A stretch of 38,128 nucleotides of DNA from an uncultured Gammaproteobacteria bacterium (lineage in GTDB: Bacteria; Pseudomonadota; Gammaproteobacteria; Arenicellales; CAJQKF01): assembly GCA_964350265.1 (NCBI GenBank), contig CAYGJZ010000012.1:23156-61283 (forward strand), read 5' to 3'. The position numbers and the translations under genes were made by a program. Below are positions 30,162-38,128 of this stretch, piece by piece. The notes below the pieces were generated by a model, which worked only from the letters and a program-made list of their open reading frames with translations, was not told the DNA's origin and searched no databases. Each line of letters opens with the position of its first letter. Position 1 is the first letter of the stretch.

Positions 30162-31289
30162 TTAGCCAAAGTGTTGGTTCGTTGAGGATCCACGGGTGGA
30201 GCCGGCGAACAGGCGGTAGTCGCTTTCCACCATTTCGCGGACCAGTTCGTCGAAGGAGATGTGTGGCTGCCAGCCGAGTTCTTCCCGCGCGCGGCGGGCA
30301 TCGCCGAGCAGGCTGTCGACCTCCGCGGGCCTGAAGTAGGCCGGATCGACACGCACCACCACCTTGCCGGCCAGGCGCTCGATCACGCTGCGCTGCTCCA
30401 CGTAGTCGGGAATGCCGTCCACCGACTCGACCCGCGCCACCTCGTCCACGCCCTCGCCTTCCCAGGCCAGCTGCAGGCCGAGTTCCGCCGCCGCACGGGT
30501 GACGAAGTCGCGCACGCTGTGCTGCTCGCCGCTGGCGATGACGTAGTCCTTCGGCTGGTCGCGTTGCAGCATCATCCACTGCATGCGCACGTAGTCCCGG
30601 GCATGACCCCAGTCGCGCAGGGCATTGAGGTTGCCGAGGAACAACCCGCCCTGCCCGCTGGCCGCCAGCGAGGCCAGCGAGCGCGTGATCTTGCGGGTGA
30701 CGAAGGTTTCCCCGCGTCGCGGCGACTCGTGGTTGAAGAGAATGCCGTTGCAGGCATACAGGCCGTAGGCCTCCCGGTAGTTGACGGTGATCCAGTAGGC
30801 ATACAGCTTGGCCACGCCGTAGGGAGAACGCGGGTAGAACGGCGTCGATTCGTGCTGCGGCGACTCCCGGGTCATTCCGTAGAGCTCGGAGGTCGAAGCC
30901 TGGTAGAAGCGGGTGCTGCCGGCAAAGCCCAGCGTCTGGATGCCCTCGAGCAGACGCAACACGCCGAGCGCGTCGGAATTGGCGGTGTACTCCGGTTCCT
31001 CGAAGGAGACCGCCACGTGACTCTGCGCGGCGAGGTTGTAGATCTCGTCCGGTTCCACCCGCTGCATCACGCTGACCAGGCTGGAGGAGTCGGTCATGTC
31101 GCCGTAGTGCAGGTAGAAGCCGGTCTGGTCGTCGTCGTGGGGATCGCGGTAGAGGTGATCGATGCGATCGGTGTTGATCAGCGACGAACGGCGCTTGATG
31201 CCATGCACCTCGTATCCCTTCTCCAGCAGGAACTCGGCCAGGTAGGAGCCATCCTGCCCGGTCACCCCCGTGATCAATGCCTTCTTCAT
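30162..31289 (-). CDS. gmd: GDP-mannose 4,6-dehydratase
   Basis: [59 protein letters not shown]. Confidence 0.98.
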   Translation of the reverse strand: MKKALITGVTGQDGSYLAEFLLEKGYEVHGIKRRSSLINTDRIDHLYRDPHDDDQTGFYLHYGDMTDSSSLVSVMQRVEPDEIYNLAAQSHVAVSFEEPEYTANSDALGVLRLLEGIQTLGFAGSTRFYQASTSELYGMTRESPQHESTPFYPRSPYGVAKLYAYWITVNYREAYGLYACNGILFNHESPRRGETFVTRKITRSLASLAASGQGGLFLGNLNALRDWGHARDYVRMQWMMLQRDQPKDYVIASGEQHSVRDFVTRAAAELGLQLAWEGEGVDEVARVESVDGIPDYVEQRSVIERLAGKVVVRVDPAYFRPAEVDSLLGDARRAREELGWQPHISFDELVREMVESDYRLFAGSTRGSSTNQHFG

Positions 31290-31330
31290 GCCAACGTCCT
31301 GTGCGGTGGTGATTCGTTCCGTGTGCGCAT
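31286..31330 (-). other. Spacer mini-ORF ([14 protein letters not shown]) bridging rfaH and gmd
   Basis: ATG 4 nt after the rfaH TAG; its stop overlaps the gmd start (ATGA). Confidence 0.45.
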
Positions 31331-31334
31331 CGGG

Positions 31335-31868
31335 CTATCGCGACCCGGCCAGGTGGGCGGGATCGATGGCCACCCGAGAATCCTTGCCGAGGATCTGCAG
31401 CAGCACCAGCACGCGCTCGTTGCTGTTGCTGGCCAGGAAGATCGCCTCGTAGTCCTTGAACGGCCCCTCGTAGATGCGCACCCGCTCCCCGGCCTGGAAC
31501 GCACGGCGCGGCGGCGTCTGCAGGCCCTGGGCATTCTCGCGTTCGATGAGCATCTCCACCAGCGAGTCGGGCACCATGGCCGGGCGGTTGCCGAACCGCA
31601 CCAGGCTGGAAACGCCGACGGTGGAACGGATCGGCGCCCAGTTGTCCCTGCGCGTGTCCAGGTGGATGAACAGGTAGCGAGGAAACATCGGCTCGACGTG
31701 ACCGGTGAGCTTGCCGCGCACCGTGCGGGTGACGTTCAGACGCGGCAGGTAGCAGCGGTATCCCTGCCGCTCGAGGTGCGTCACCGCCTGTGCCTCGGCG
31801 CGGGGCTTGCTGTAGACGAGGTACCAGCTACGCTCGCCGGATTCCGCTGCGGGCATGCCTTCGTTCAC
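31335..31868 (-). CDS. rfaH: NusG-paralog transcription antiterminator, RfaH family
   Basis: WYLVYSKP, HLERQG, EPMFPRYLF, ST.GVS.LVRFG, KOW domain GERVRIYEGPF...AIF.....RVLVLL.ILG; GTGA overlap with hldD. Confidence 0.9.
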   Translation of the reverse strand: MNEGMPAAESGERSWYLVYSKPRAEAQAVTHLERQGYRCYLPRLNVTRTVRGKLTGHVEPMFPRYLFIHLDTRRDNWAPIRSTVGVSSLVRFGNRPAMVPDSLVEMLIERENAQGLQTPPRRAFQAGERVRIYEGPFKDYEAIFLASNSNERVLVLLQILGKDSRVAIDPAHLAGSR

Positions 31869-32872
31869 GACGTGCCCGTGGCGTCATCGCCGGCCAGCAT
31901 CCAGTGCACGTACTTGCGCACGCCGGCGGCAACGTCGTGGAAGCGAACCGGGCAGCCGGCGGCGCGCAGGGCATCGAGGCTGGCCTGGGTATAGCTCTGG
32001 TACTTGCCGTGCAATGCCTCCGGCATCGGCACGTACTCGATGCAGCCCTGCGCCACCAGCGCATCGAGACTGGCGGCGGGTTCACCGGCAACCTCGCGCA
32101 GGGTGTTGATCACCGCCACCGCCACGTCGTTGAAGCTGCCGCTGGCGCCGGTGCCGACGTTGAAGATGCCGCTGCTGTCCGGGTTGTCGAGGAAGTGCAG
32201 GTTCACCGACACCACGTCCTCGATGAAGACGAAGTCGCGTCGTTGCTCACCGTCGGCATAGCCGTCGCTGCCGCGGAACAGGCGAACCCTGCCGTTGTCG
32301 CGGAACTGGTGAAAGAAGTGCCAGGCCACCGACGCCATGCGCTGCTTGTGCTGCTCGCGGTAGCCGTAGACGTTGAAGTAACGCAGCCCCACCACCTGGT
32401 GCGTGGCCGGGCCGGCATGGCGGACGTGGTTGTCGAACTGGTACTTGGAATAGGCATAGGCATTCAACGGGCGCTCGTAGCGGGGATCCTCGACGAAGCA
32501 CTCGTTGCTGCCGTACACCGATGCCGACGAGGCATAGATGAACTGTGCGCCGCGACGGCGGCAGAAGCCGAGCAGGTCACGACTGTAGGCGTAGTTGTTC
32601 TCCATCACGTAGCGGCCGTCGGTGGCCATGGTGTCGGAGCAGGCACCTTCGTGGAACACCGCGCGCACCGTGCCGGGCAACGCGTCTTCGCGGACCGCGC
32701 GACGGAACTCCTCCTTGTCCATGTAGTCGGCCACGGGCAGGTCGGCGATGTTGGCGACCTTCTCCACCCGGTGCAGGTCGTCGACCAGCAGGATATCGCG
32801 CTCGCCGCGGTCCAGCAGCGCCTTGACCAGGTTGGCACCGATGAACCCGGCGCCGCCGGTGACCACGATCAT
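31865..32872 (-). CDS. hldD: ADP-L-glycero-D-manno-heptose 6-epimerase
   Basis: [64 protein letters not shown]. Confidence 0.96.
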   Translation of the reverse strand: MIVVTGGAGFIGANLVKALLDRGERDILLVDDLHRVEKVANIADLPVADYMDKEEFRRAVREDALPGTVRAVFHEGACSDTMATDGRYVMENNYAYSRDLLGFCRRRGAQFIYASSASVYGSNECFVEDPRYERPLNAYAYSKYQFDNHVRHAGPATHQVVGLRYFNVYGYREQHKQRMASVAWHFFHQFRDNGRVRLFRGSDGYADGEQRRDFVFIEDVVSVNLHFLDNPDSSGIFNVGTGASGSFNDVAVAVINTLREVAGEPAASLDALVAQGCIEYVPMPEALHGKYQSYTQASLDALRAAGCPVRFHDVAAGVRKYVHWMLAGDDATGTS

Positions 32873-33828
32873 GGCCGTACCTCCAGGTTGTCGTCGAGGG
32901 CGATCTCGCGAAGATCGACCACCGCGGTGCCGAACTTGGCCACGACCTGGCCGGCGGCCCGGTTAGCCAGTTCCAGCAGGCGCGGCCAGGGCCAGCCCGC
33001 CGCCAGGCCGACACCGGCCACCGCGGCCACGGTATCGCCCGCACCGCTGACATCGTACACCTCGCGCGCCCGTGCCGGGCTGTGCACGCGCTCGCCGGCC
33101 GCGGTGAACAGCGTCATGCCCTTCTCGCTGCGTGTCACCAGCAAGGCGCCGAAGCCGAAACGGGCAATCATCGCCCGGGCACTGTCGGCCATGGCGTCCT
33201 CGTCGTCCACGGCACCGCCGGCCAGCTCGAACTCGCGCAGGTTCGGCGTCACCAGGCTGGCGCCGCGATAGCGCTCGTAGTCCGCACCCTTGGGATCGAC
33301 CACCACCGGCACGCCGGCGGCGGCGGCCATCTCGATCATGCGGCCGATGTGGGCGAGACCGCCCTTGCCGTAGTCGGACAGGATGACGAGGTCGGTGTCG
33401 CCCATGCAGCCGGCGACATCGTCGAGGCTGCGCGAGAGCAGTTCGTGGGTGGGACGGGACTCGAAGTCCACCCGCAGCAACTGCTGGTTGCGGGCGACGA
33501 TGCGCAGCTTCTCGATGGTGCGCAGGTCGGCGCTGCGCATCACCTTGCCGTGGATGCCGGAACGCTCGAGCAGGTCGCACAGGGCGGCGCCGGCCTCGTC
33601 GTCACCGATGGTGGACACCAGCGTGCAACGGGCACCGAGACCCACCACGTTGGCGGCGACGTTGGCGGCACCGCCGAGCTTGCATTCGCTGCGATCGACA
33701 TCCACCACGGGCACCGGGGATTCCGGGGAGATGCGCTCCACCGTGCCCCACCAGTAGCGGTCGAGCATGACATCACCGACCACCAGCACGCGCAGCCCGG
33801 CAAAGGCATCCGGCAGGGACATGGTCAT
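32869..33828 (-). CDS. hldA: D-glycero-beta-D-manno-heptose-7-phosphate kinase (HldE domain I only)
   Basis: VVGDVMLDRY.WG...RISPESPVPV, GGAANVA, LSDYGKG, VDPKG, TPN..E, VYDVSGAGDTV; ends at 319 aa without an adenylyltransferase domain. Confidence 0.93.
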   Translation of the reverse strand: MTMSLPDAFAGLRVLVVGDVMLDRYWWGTVERISPESPVPVVDVDRSECKLGGAANVAANVVGLGARCTLVSTIGDDEAGAALCDLLERSGIHGKVMRSADLRTIEKLRIVARNQQLLRVDFESRPTHELLSRSLDDVAGCMGDTDLVILSDYGKGGLAHIGRMIEMAAAAGVPVVVDPKGADYERYRGASLVTPNLREFELAGGAVDDEDAMADSARAMIARFGFGALLVTRSEKGMTLFTAAGERVHSPARAREVYDVSGAGDTVAAVAGVGLAAGWPWPRLLELANRAAGQVVAKFGTAVVDLREIALDDNLEVRP

Positions 33829-33875
33829 CGCCGGGCCCTGCCCGGGGCGTGTTCGCGGGTTGCCAGGGTCGACAT
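33825..33875 (-). other. Spacer mini-ORF ([16 protein letters not shown]) bridging ugd and hldA
   Basis: Start overlaps the ugd stop (TGATG); stop overlaps the hldA start (ATGA). Confidence 0.55.
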
Positions 33876-35197
33876 CAACGGCCGATACCGTAGTACTCGA
33901 AGCCGCTGCGCCGCGCCTGCACGGGATCGATGACGTTGCGCCCGTCGAACAGCACCGGCTCGCGCATGCGCCGCTTCATGATGGCGAAGTTGGGACTGCG
34001 CAGCACCTTCCACTCGGTGACCAGCACCAGCGCGTCGGCGCCGTCGAGCACCGCGTAGGGGTCTTCCGGTTCCAGCACCAGGTCGTCGCGCTCGCCGAAC
34101 AGGTGCCTGGCCTCGTCGGTGGCCACCGGATCGAAGGCGGCAATGCTTCCACCACGCTTCCAGATGGCTTCCATCACCACCACGCTGGGTGCCTCGCGCA
34201 TGTCGTCGGTATTGGGCTTGAAGGCCAGCCCCCACAGCGCGATCCGCCGCCCCGACAGGTCGGTGTCGAAGCGCGCGTCGAGCTTGTTCACCAAGACCCG
34301 CTTCTGGCTCTCGTTGACCTCTTCCACGGCTTCCAGCACCCGCGGCACGTAGTCCACGCCACGACCCATGCGGATCAGCGCCTTGACGTCCTTGGGGAAA
34401 CACGAACCGCCGTAGCCGCAGCCGGGGTAGATGAAGTGATAGCCGATACGCGGATCGGAACCGATGCCCTGGCGAACCGACTCGATGTCGGCGCCGAGCC
34501 TCTCGGCCATGTTGGCCATTTCGTTCATGAAGGAGATCTTGGTCGCCAGCATGGCGTTGGCGGCGTACTTGGTCAGCTCCGCGGAGGCGGTGTCCATGAC
34601 CATCATCTTCTCGTGGTTGCGCGAAAACGGCATGTACAGCTCGCGCATGACCTGCTCGGCACGCTCGTCCTCGACACCGACGACGATGCGGTCGGGTTTC
34701 ATGAAGTCCTCGATGGCGGCGCCTTCCTTGAGGAACTCGGGATTGGAGACGACGCTGTAGTCGATGTCTTCGCCGCGCCCGGCCAGGCAGCGGGCCACCA
34801 CCTCGCGCACCTTGTCCGCGGTGCCCACGGGCACCGTGGACTTGTTCACGATCACCTTGTAGCCGGCGATGGACTCGCCGATGGACTGGGCCACCTGCAG
34901 GATGTACTTCAGGTCGGCGGAACCGTCCTCGTCCGGCGGCGTGCCGACGGCGATGAAGATGATCTCGGCAAACTCGACCCCCTCGGCGATGTCGGTGGAG
35001 AATCGCAGGCGGCCGGCGTGGTGGTTCTCCGCCACCATCGGCTCCAGGCCCGGCTCGTAGATCGGCATGCGCCCGGCTTCCAGGCCGTCGATCTTGGCCT
35101 GGTCGGTATCGATGCACAGCACGTCGTTGCCGACATCGGCCAGGCAAGTGCCGGTTACCAGCCCGACGTAGCCGGTGCCTACCACGGTTACGTTCAT
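33875..35197 (-). CDS. ugd: UDP-glucose 6-dehydrogenase
   Basis: [68 protein letters not shown]; start ATG 35197 with AGGA Shine-Dalgarno. Confidence 0.97.
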   Translation of the reverse strand: MNVTVVGTGYVGLVTGTCLADVGNDVLCIDTDQAKIDGLEAGRMPIYEPGLEPMVAENHHAGRLRFSTDIAEGVEFAEIIFIAVGTPPDEDGSADLKYILQVAQSIGESIAGYKVIVNKSTVPVGTADKVREVVARCLAGRGEDIDYSVVSNPEFLKEGAAIEDFMKPDRIVVGVEDERAEQVMRELYMPFSRNHEKMMVMDTASAELTKYAANAMLATKISFMNEMANMAERLGADIESVRQGIGSDPRIGYHFIYPGCGYGGSCFPKDVKALIRMGRGVDYVPRVLEAVEEVNESQKRVLVNKLDARFDTDLSGRRIALWGLAFKPNTDDMREAPSVVVMEAIWKRGGSIAAFDPVATDEARHLFGERDDLVLEPEDPYAVLDGADALVLVTEWKVLRSPNFAIMKRRMREPVLFDGRNVIDPVQARRSGFEYYGIGR

Positions 35198-35287
35198 CTG
35201 TTCACTATCCTGCTGCCCGCCCTGCCGGCAGACCGGGGAGGTTCGGCGGCGGTCCGCGTGGGCGCCGAATGCCCGCGGAAACGGCCG

Positions 35288-35325
35288 CAAAATGAAGAAA
35301 GGGCGCCGTTCGGCACCCTTCCTTC
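35288..35325 (-). terminator. Intrinsic terminator between comEA and ugd
   Basis: Minus-strand RNA GAAGGAAGGGUGCC-GAAC-GGCGCCCUUUCUUC-AUUUUG: 14-bp stem with two G-U pairs and a U-rich 3' side and tail. Confidence 0.75.
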
Positions 35326-35351
35326 GCCATCGGGAATTTTACCGCCTTCCG

Positions 35352-35627
35352 CTAATCCGATGAAGGGTCCACGGTGAGGTTTTCCCGGTTCCGCTCCAGC
35401 GTCGTCTCGCCGATGCCCTTCACTTCCACCAGCTGGTCGATGCTCTGGAACGGACCGTTCTGCTCCCGCCAGGCGACGATCCGCTCGGCGAGCGCCGGTC
35501 CGACACCCTGGATGCCCTCGGCGAGGGCATCCGCATCGGCGGTATTGACATTGACCTTGTCGCCGAGGGCTGCCTGGGACAGCGCCATGGCGGCGGCAAA
35601 CAGCGTGGCTAACGTTTTCCCTTTCAT
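35352..35627 (-). CDS. comEA: ComEA-family helix-hairpin-helix DNA-binding protein
   Basis: Signal peptide, KVNVNTA...L, GVGP.LA.RIV..R..NGPF.S...L..VKGIG; AAGGAG Shine-Dalgarno. Confidence 0.92.
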   Translation of the reverse strand: MKGKTLATLFAAAMALSQAALGDKVNVNTADADALAEGIQGVGPALAERIVAWREQNGPFQSIDQLVEVKGIGETTLERNRENLTVDPSSD

Positions 35628-35692
35628 TCCGTACTCCTTGGCCGGTTGTGACTGGACAATGATGAACAGCCGCGCGGTTGCGCGGCGCGGTC

Positions 35693-35738
35693 ACCCTAGC
35701 GCAGGCGAAAGGGAAAAGATGTGATGCAAGTCGCTTTT
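35693..35738 (-). promoter_or_regulatory. CRP-family binding site plus -10 element (class II geometry) upstream of comEA
   Basis: AGA-TGTGA-TGCAAG-TCGCT-TTT (35717-35738) resembles the CRP consensus AAA-TGTGA-N6-TCACA-TTT; minus-strand -10 TAGGGT at 35693-35698 places the site centre at -41.5. Confidence 0.55.
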
Positions 35739-35786
35739 TGGCGATTCCCCGCGGTCCGCTTCCGGATTCGTGCCCCGGCCTGGGGT

Positions 35787-36995
35787 CTAGATGCCCTTGA
35801 GCGTCTTCAGGACCGTCCCCGGGTACTGGAAGTTCTGGTTCCTGGTCTGCACCGAAGAGATGCTGTTCCAGCTCTTGCAGCCCGGGCACTGCCAGTGATG
35901 GGACTTGCCGGAAAAACCGCACTGCCGGCAGGTATAGCCGGAATCCTTCTTCAGCAGCGAACCGATCATGCCCTCGAGCAGTTCCAGGTCGGCCTTGTCC
36001 CGCGGCTTCTGCTTGAGCTTGAGCTCGATCAGCCGGTACAGGCCGAAGATCGTGGGATGTCGGCGCAGCCAGCGCACCAGGAACTCCTCGGCGCGGGTGC
36101 TGCCCTCGGTCTCGTCGAGCACGTCCACCAGCGCGAACATCAGCCGGATGTCGCCCTGTCGATCCACCGCCGACTCGAGGAAGCTGCGGTAGGCGCCGAT
36201 GTCGCCGATGGAGCGGTAGCTGGTGGCGATCAGGTCGAGGACTTCGCCGAGATAGGCGGCGTTGGTGGCCTCGACCTGCTTGAAGCGGTCGATGGCCTCG
36301 TCGTGGCGGCCATGCAGGGCCAGCAGGCGTCCTGACTGAATGATGGCGCGGACACAGTTCGGGTCGATGGCGCGGGCGCGGGCGGCATGCTCCTCGGCAT
36401 GGTCGTAGCGGCCCTCGCGGATGGCGGTCTCGGCAATCTCGCAGTGATACTGGGCGATCACCGGCTTGACCGAGTCCACGCCCAGGTCCCCCAGCCGACG
36501 GGCGACCACGATGGCGCTCTCCCACTCCTTCTCCTGGTCGTAGATCTGCAGCAGGTGGCGGGTGGCCTGCTCGCTGTGCTCCGACATCTCGGTGAGTTCG
36601 CGAAACAGGTCCTCGGCGCGATCGAGCAGGCCCGCCTTGAAATAGTCCTGGCCGAGTTCGAACAGGGCCTGGGTGCGCTGGGGCTCGTCGAGATTGTCGC
36701 GGGCAATGAGGTTCTGGTGGATGCGGGTGGCCCGTGCCACCTCGCCGCGACGGCGAAACAGGTTGCCGAGGGCGAGTTGCACCTCCACCGTCTCGGTATC
36801 CTCCTCCAGCGCCTTGACCAGCACCTCGATGGCCTTGTCGTGCTGCTCGTTGAGCAGCAGGTTCAGCCCCTGGTAGTAGGCCGTGGGCAATTGGCGCTTG
36901 CCGGGGGAGGCAAACTGGCGGCGGGCGAGATGGGCGGCAAGCCAGCCGGAACCGGCCGCCACCGGCAGCAGCAGCAACAGCCAGACCGGGTCCAC
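35787..36995 (-). CDS. lapB: Lipopolysaccharide assembly protein B
   Basis: N-terminal TM, Y.QGLN.LL.EQ.DKA, LGNLFRRRGE..RA.RIHQ, TPRs, rubredoxin Y.C..CGF....WQCPGC.SW. Confidence 0.96.
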   Translation of the reverse strand: MDPVWLLLLLPVAAGSGWLAAHLARRQFASPGKRQLPTAYYQGLNLLLNEQHDKAIEVLVKALEEDTETVEVQLALGNLFRRRGEVARATRIHQNLIARDNLDEPQRTQALFELGQDYFKAGLLDRAEDLFRELTEMSEHSEQATRHLLQIYDQEKEWESAIVVARRLGDLGVDSVKPVIAQYHCEIAETAIREGRYDHAEEHAARARAIDPNCVRAIIQSGRLLALHGRHDEAIDRFKQVEATNAAYLGEVLDLIATSYRSIGDIGAYRSFLESAVDRQGDIRLMFALVDVLDETEGSTRAEEFLVRWLRRHPTIFGLYRLIELKLKQKPRDKADLELLEGMIGSLLKKDSGYTCRQCGFSGKSHHWQCPGCKSWNSISSVQTRNQNFQYPGTVLKTLKGI

Positions 36996-37277
36996 TCAGC
37001 CCTCCCGCGTCGCGATGGACGTGCCGTTGGAAAGTGGCCGCGACGATCGCTGCCGCGCCGCGCGGCGCAGTTGCCGGCGGTAGCCGCCGGCCAGCGAGGC
37101 CAGGTAGCCGATCAACACGCCGACGACGAGGCTGCCGAGCAGCAGCACCGTCAGCGGCAGTTCAAGATGGATGCCGAAGTAGTAGTCGATCACCACGCGT
37201 TCGGGATTGCGCGCGGCAAAGGTCACACCGAGCACGAAGACGACCAGGAACAACACGGTGTAGATCAGCTTTTTCAT
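36996..37277 (-). CDS. lapA: Lipopolysaccharide assembly protein A
   Basis: Two TMs around FA..N...V.IDY.FG..ELPL, basic C-terminal tail; lies between ihfB and lapB. Confidence 0.88.
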   Translation of the reverse strand: MKKLIYTVLFLVVFVLGVTFAARNPERVVIDYYFGIHLELPLTVLLLGSLVVGVLIGYLASLAGGYRRQLRRAARQRSSRPLSNGTSIATREG

Positions 37278-37327
37278 ACTACTTTTCGCTTGGAACCCCG
37301 GTTCAGTGAACTGTCGCGGGATCGCAT
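37274..37327 (-). other. Spacer mini-ORF ([17 protein letters not shown]) bridging ihfB and lapA
   Basis: Start overlaps the ihfB stop (TGATG); stop overlaps the lapA start (ATGA); lapA lacks an obvious Shine-Dalgarno. Confidence 0.55.
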
Positions 37328-37650
37328 CAACTGCTTTCGCTGCTCTCCCGCTCGACCGGCACGGTCTGGTTTACCCGCTCGCGCAGGGACCGTCCCGGCT
37401 TGAAGTGTGGCACGTACTTTTCCGGCACGGTGACCGCCGCCCCGGTCTTGGGGTTCCTTCCCACCCGGGGCGCACGGTAGCGCAGGGATATGCTGCCGAA
37501 GCCGCGAATCTCGATCCGTCGACCGGAAATCAGTGCGCCGCTCATCTTCTCGAGCAGCGTGTTCACCGAGAACTCCACGTCCCTGTGGGCGAGGTGCGTC
37601 TGCTCCTCGGCCAGCGCCTCGATGAGCTCTGACTTGGTCACCGTATTCAT
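37327..37650 (-). CDS. ihfB: Integration host factor beta subunit
   Basis: [24 protein letters not shown]....[15 protein letters not shown]. Confidence 0.97.
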   Translation of the reverse strand: MNTVTKSELIEALAEEQTHLAHRDVEFSVNTLLEKMSGALISGRRIEIRGFGSISLRYRAPRVGRNPKTGAAVTVPEKYVPHFKPGRSLRERVNQTVPVERESSESS

Positions 37651-37703
37651 GGTCGCGGCGTCGCTCCTTCAGTCCGGCAGCACACGGCACATGGGCGCCG
37701 GGC

Positions 37704-38128
37704 CTAGGAGGACTGCTTGGACAGTTCTTCCTTGAGCTTGTCGGCGAGGGTGGAACTTCCCGTGGTGGTGCGCTTGCCGAACTCCTGCATGGCCTGCTCC
37801 TGCATCTCGATTTCCAGCGCCTTCACGGACAGGGAAATCTTGCGGTTCTTGCGCTCGATGCTGGTGATCTTGGCCTCCACGTCCTGGCCGTCGGACAACA
37901 CCTGGCGGGCGTCCTCGACATGGTCGCGGGACAGCTCGGTGGCACGCAGGTAGCCTTCGATGCCGTCGGCCAGCTTGACCACCGCACCCTTGGCGTCGAG
38001 CTCGACGACGGTGCCGCGAACCACGTTGCCCTTGCCGTTCTCGCTGACGAAGGCGGCGAACGGATCGTTCAGCGCCTGCTTGATGCCCAGCGAGATGCGC
38101 TCGCGCTCCGGGTCCACCGACAGCACCA
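37704..38128 (-). CDS. rpsA: 30S ribosomal protein S1 (3' part; truncated by the window edge)
   Basis: [17 protein letters not shown], last S1 repeat (EGYLRA.E...R.ISLSVKA), directly upstream of ihfB. Confidence 0.96.
   Translation of the reverse strand, partial: VLSVDPERERISLGIKQALNDPFAAFVSENGKGNVVRGTVVELDAKGAVVKLADGIEGYLRATELSRDHVEDARQVLSDGQDVEAKITSIERKNRKISLSVKALEIEMQEQAMQEFGKRTTTGSSTLADKLKEELSKQSS

Noticed and set aside
30212-30223. GGCGGTAG ops-core matches (also near 15462 and 37076)
   Set aside because: They are on the plus strand inside minus-strand CDSs, the wrong orientation for RfaH recruitment.
37669-37692. Mini-ORF MCRVLPD* in the rpsA-ihfB spacer as a sixth relay
   Set aside because: It starts 11 nt after the rpsA stop and ends 18 nt before the ihfB ATG, which has its own AAGGAG; it is not coupled at either end.

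Overview
A very GC-rich proteobacterial chromosome segment (Gammaproteobacteria-like proteins, with several gene orders I associate with Betaproteobacteria). I found no RNA genes, CRISPR arrays or mobile elements. The left third is housekeeping: serS-crcB-lolA-ftsK (minus, no rarA), trxB-smr (plus), ispD-ispF (minus) and mfd plus a csiV-like gene (plus). The right two thirds is one minus-strand run. It begins rpsA-ihfB-lapA-lapB-comEA, then an intrinsic terminator, then an ~23 kb surface-glycan/LPS cluster. In order the cluster holds ugd, a kinase-only hldA, hldD, an operon-embedded rfaH, gmd, rmlB, rmlA, wzm, wzt with a C-terminal sugar-binding domain, six glycosyltransferases (including WsaE-like, WsaF-like and a GT2-SDR fusion), WbpL- and WbpM-like genes, manC and a methylthio-nucleoside phosphorylase. 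The most unusual signal is five short spacers (24-49 nt), each spanned by an 8-17 aa mini-ORF. Each starts on or within 4 nt of the upstream stop codon and ends in an (A/G)TGA overlap on the next start codon, suggesting a ribosome relay of translational coupling. Other notable points: the RfaH has substituted ops-reading residues and there is no canonical ops site; an ops-like motif sits just before the terminator gating the cluster; three 4,6-dehydratases have no canonical reductase in the window; and a CRP-like site upstream of comEA has class II (-41.5) geometry. All homology calls are from motif recognition, not database searches.
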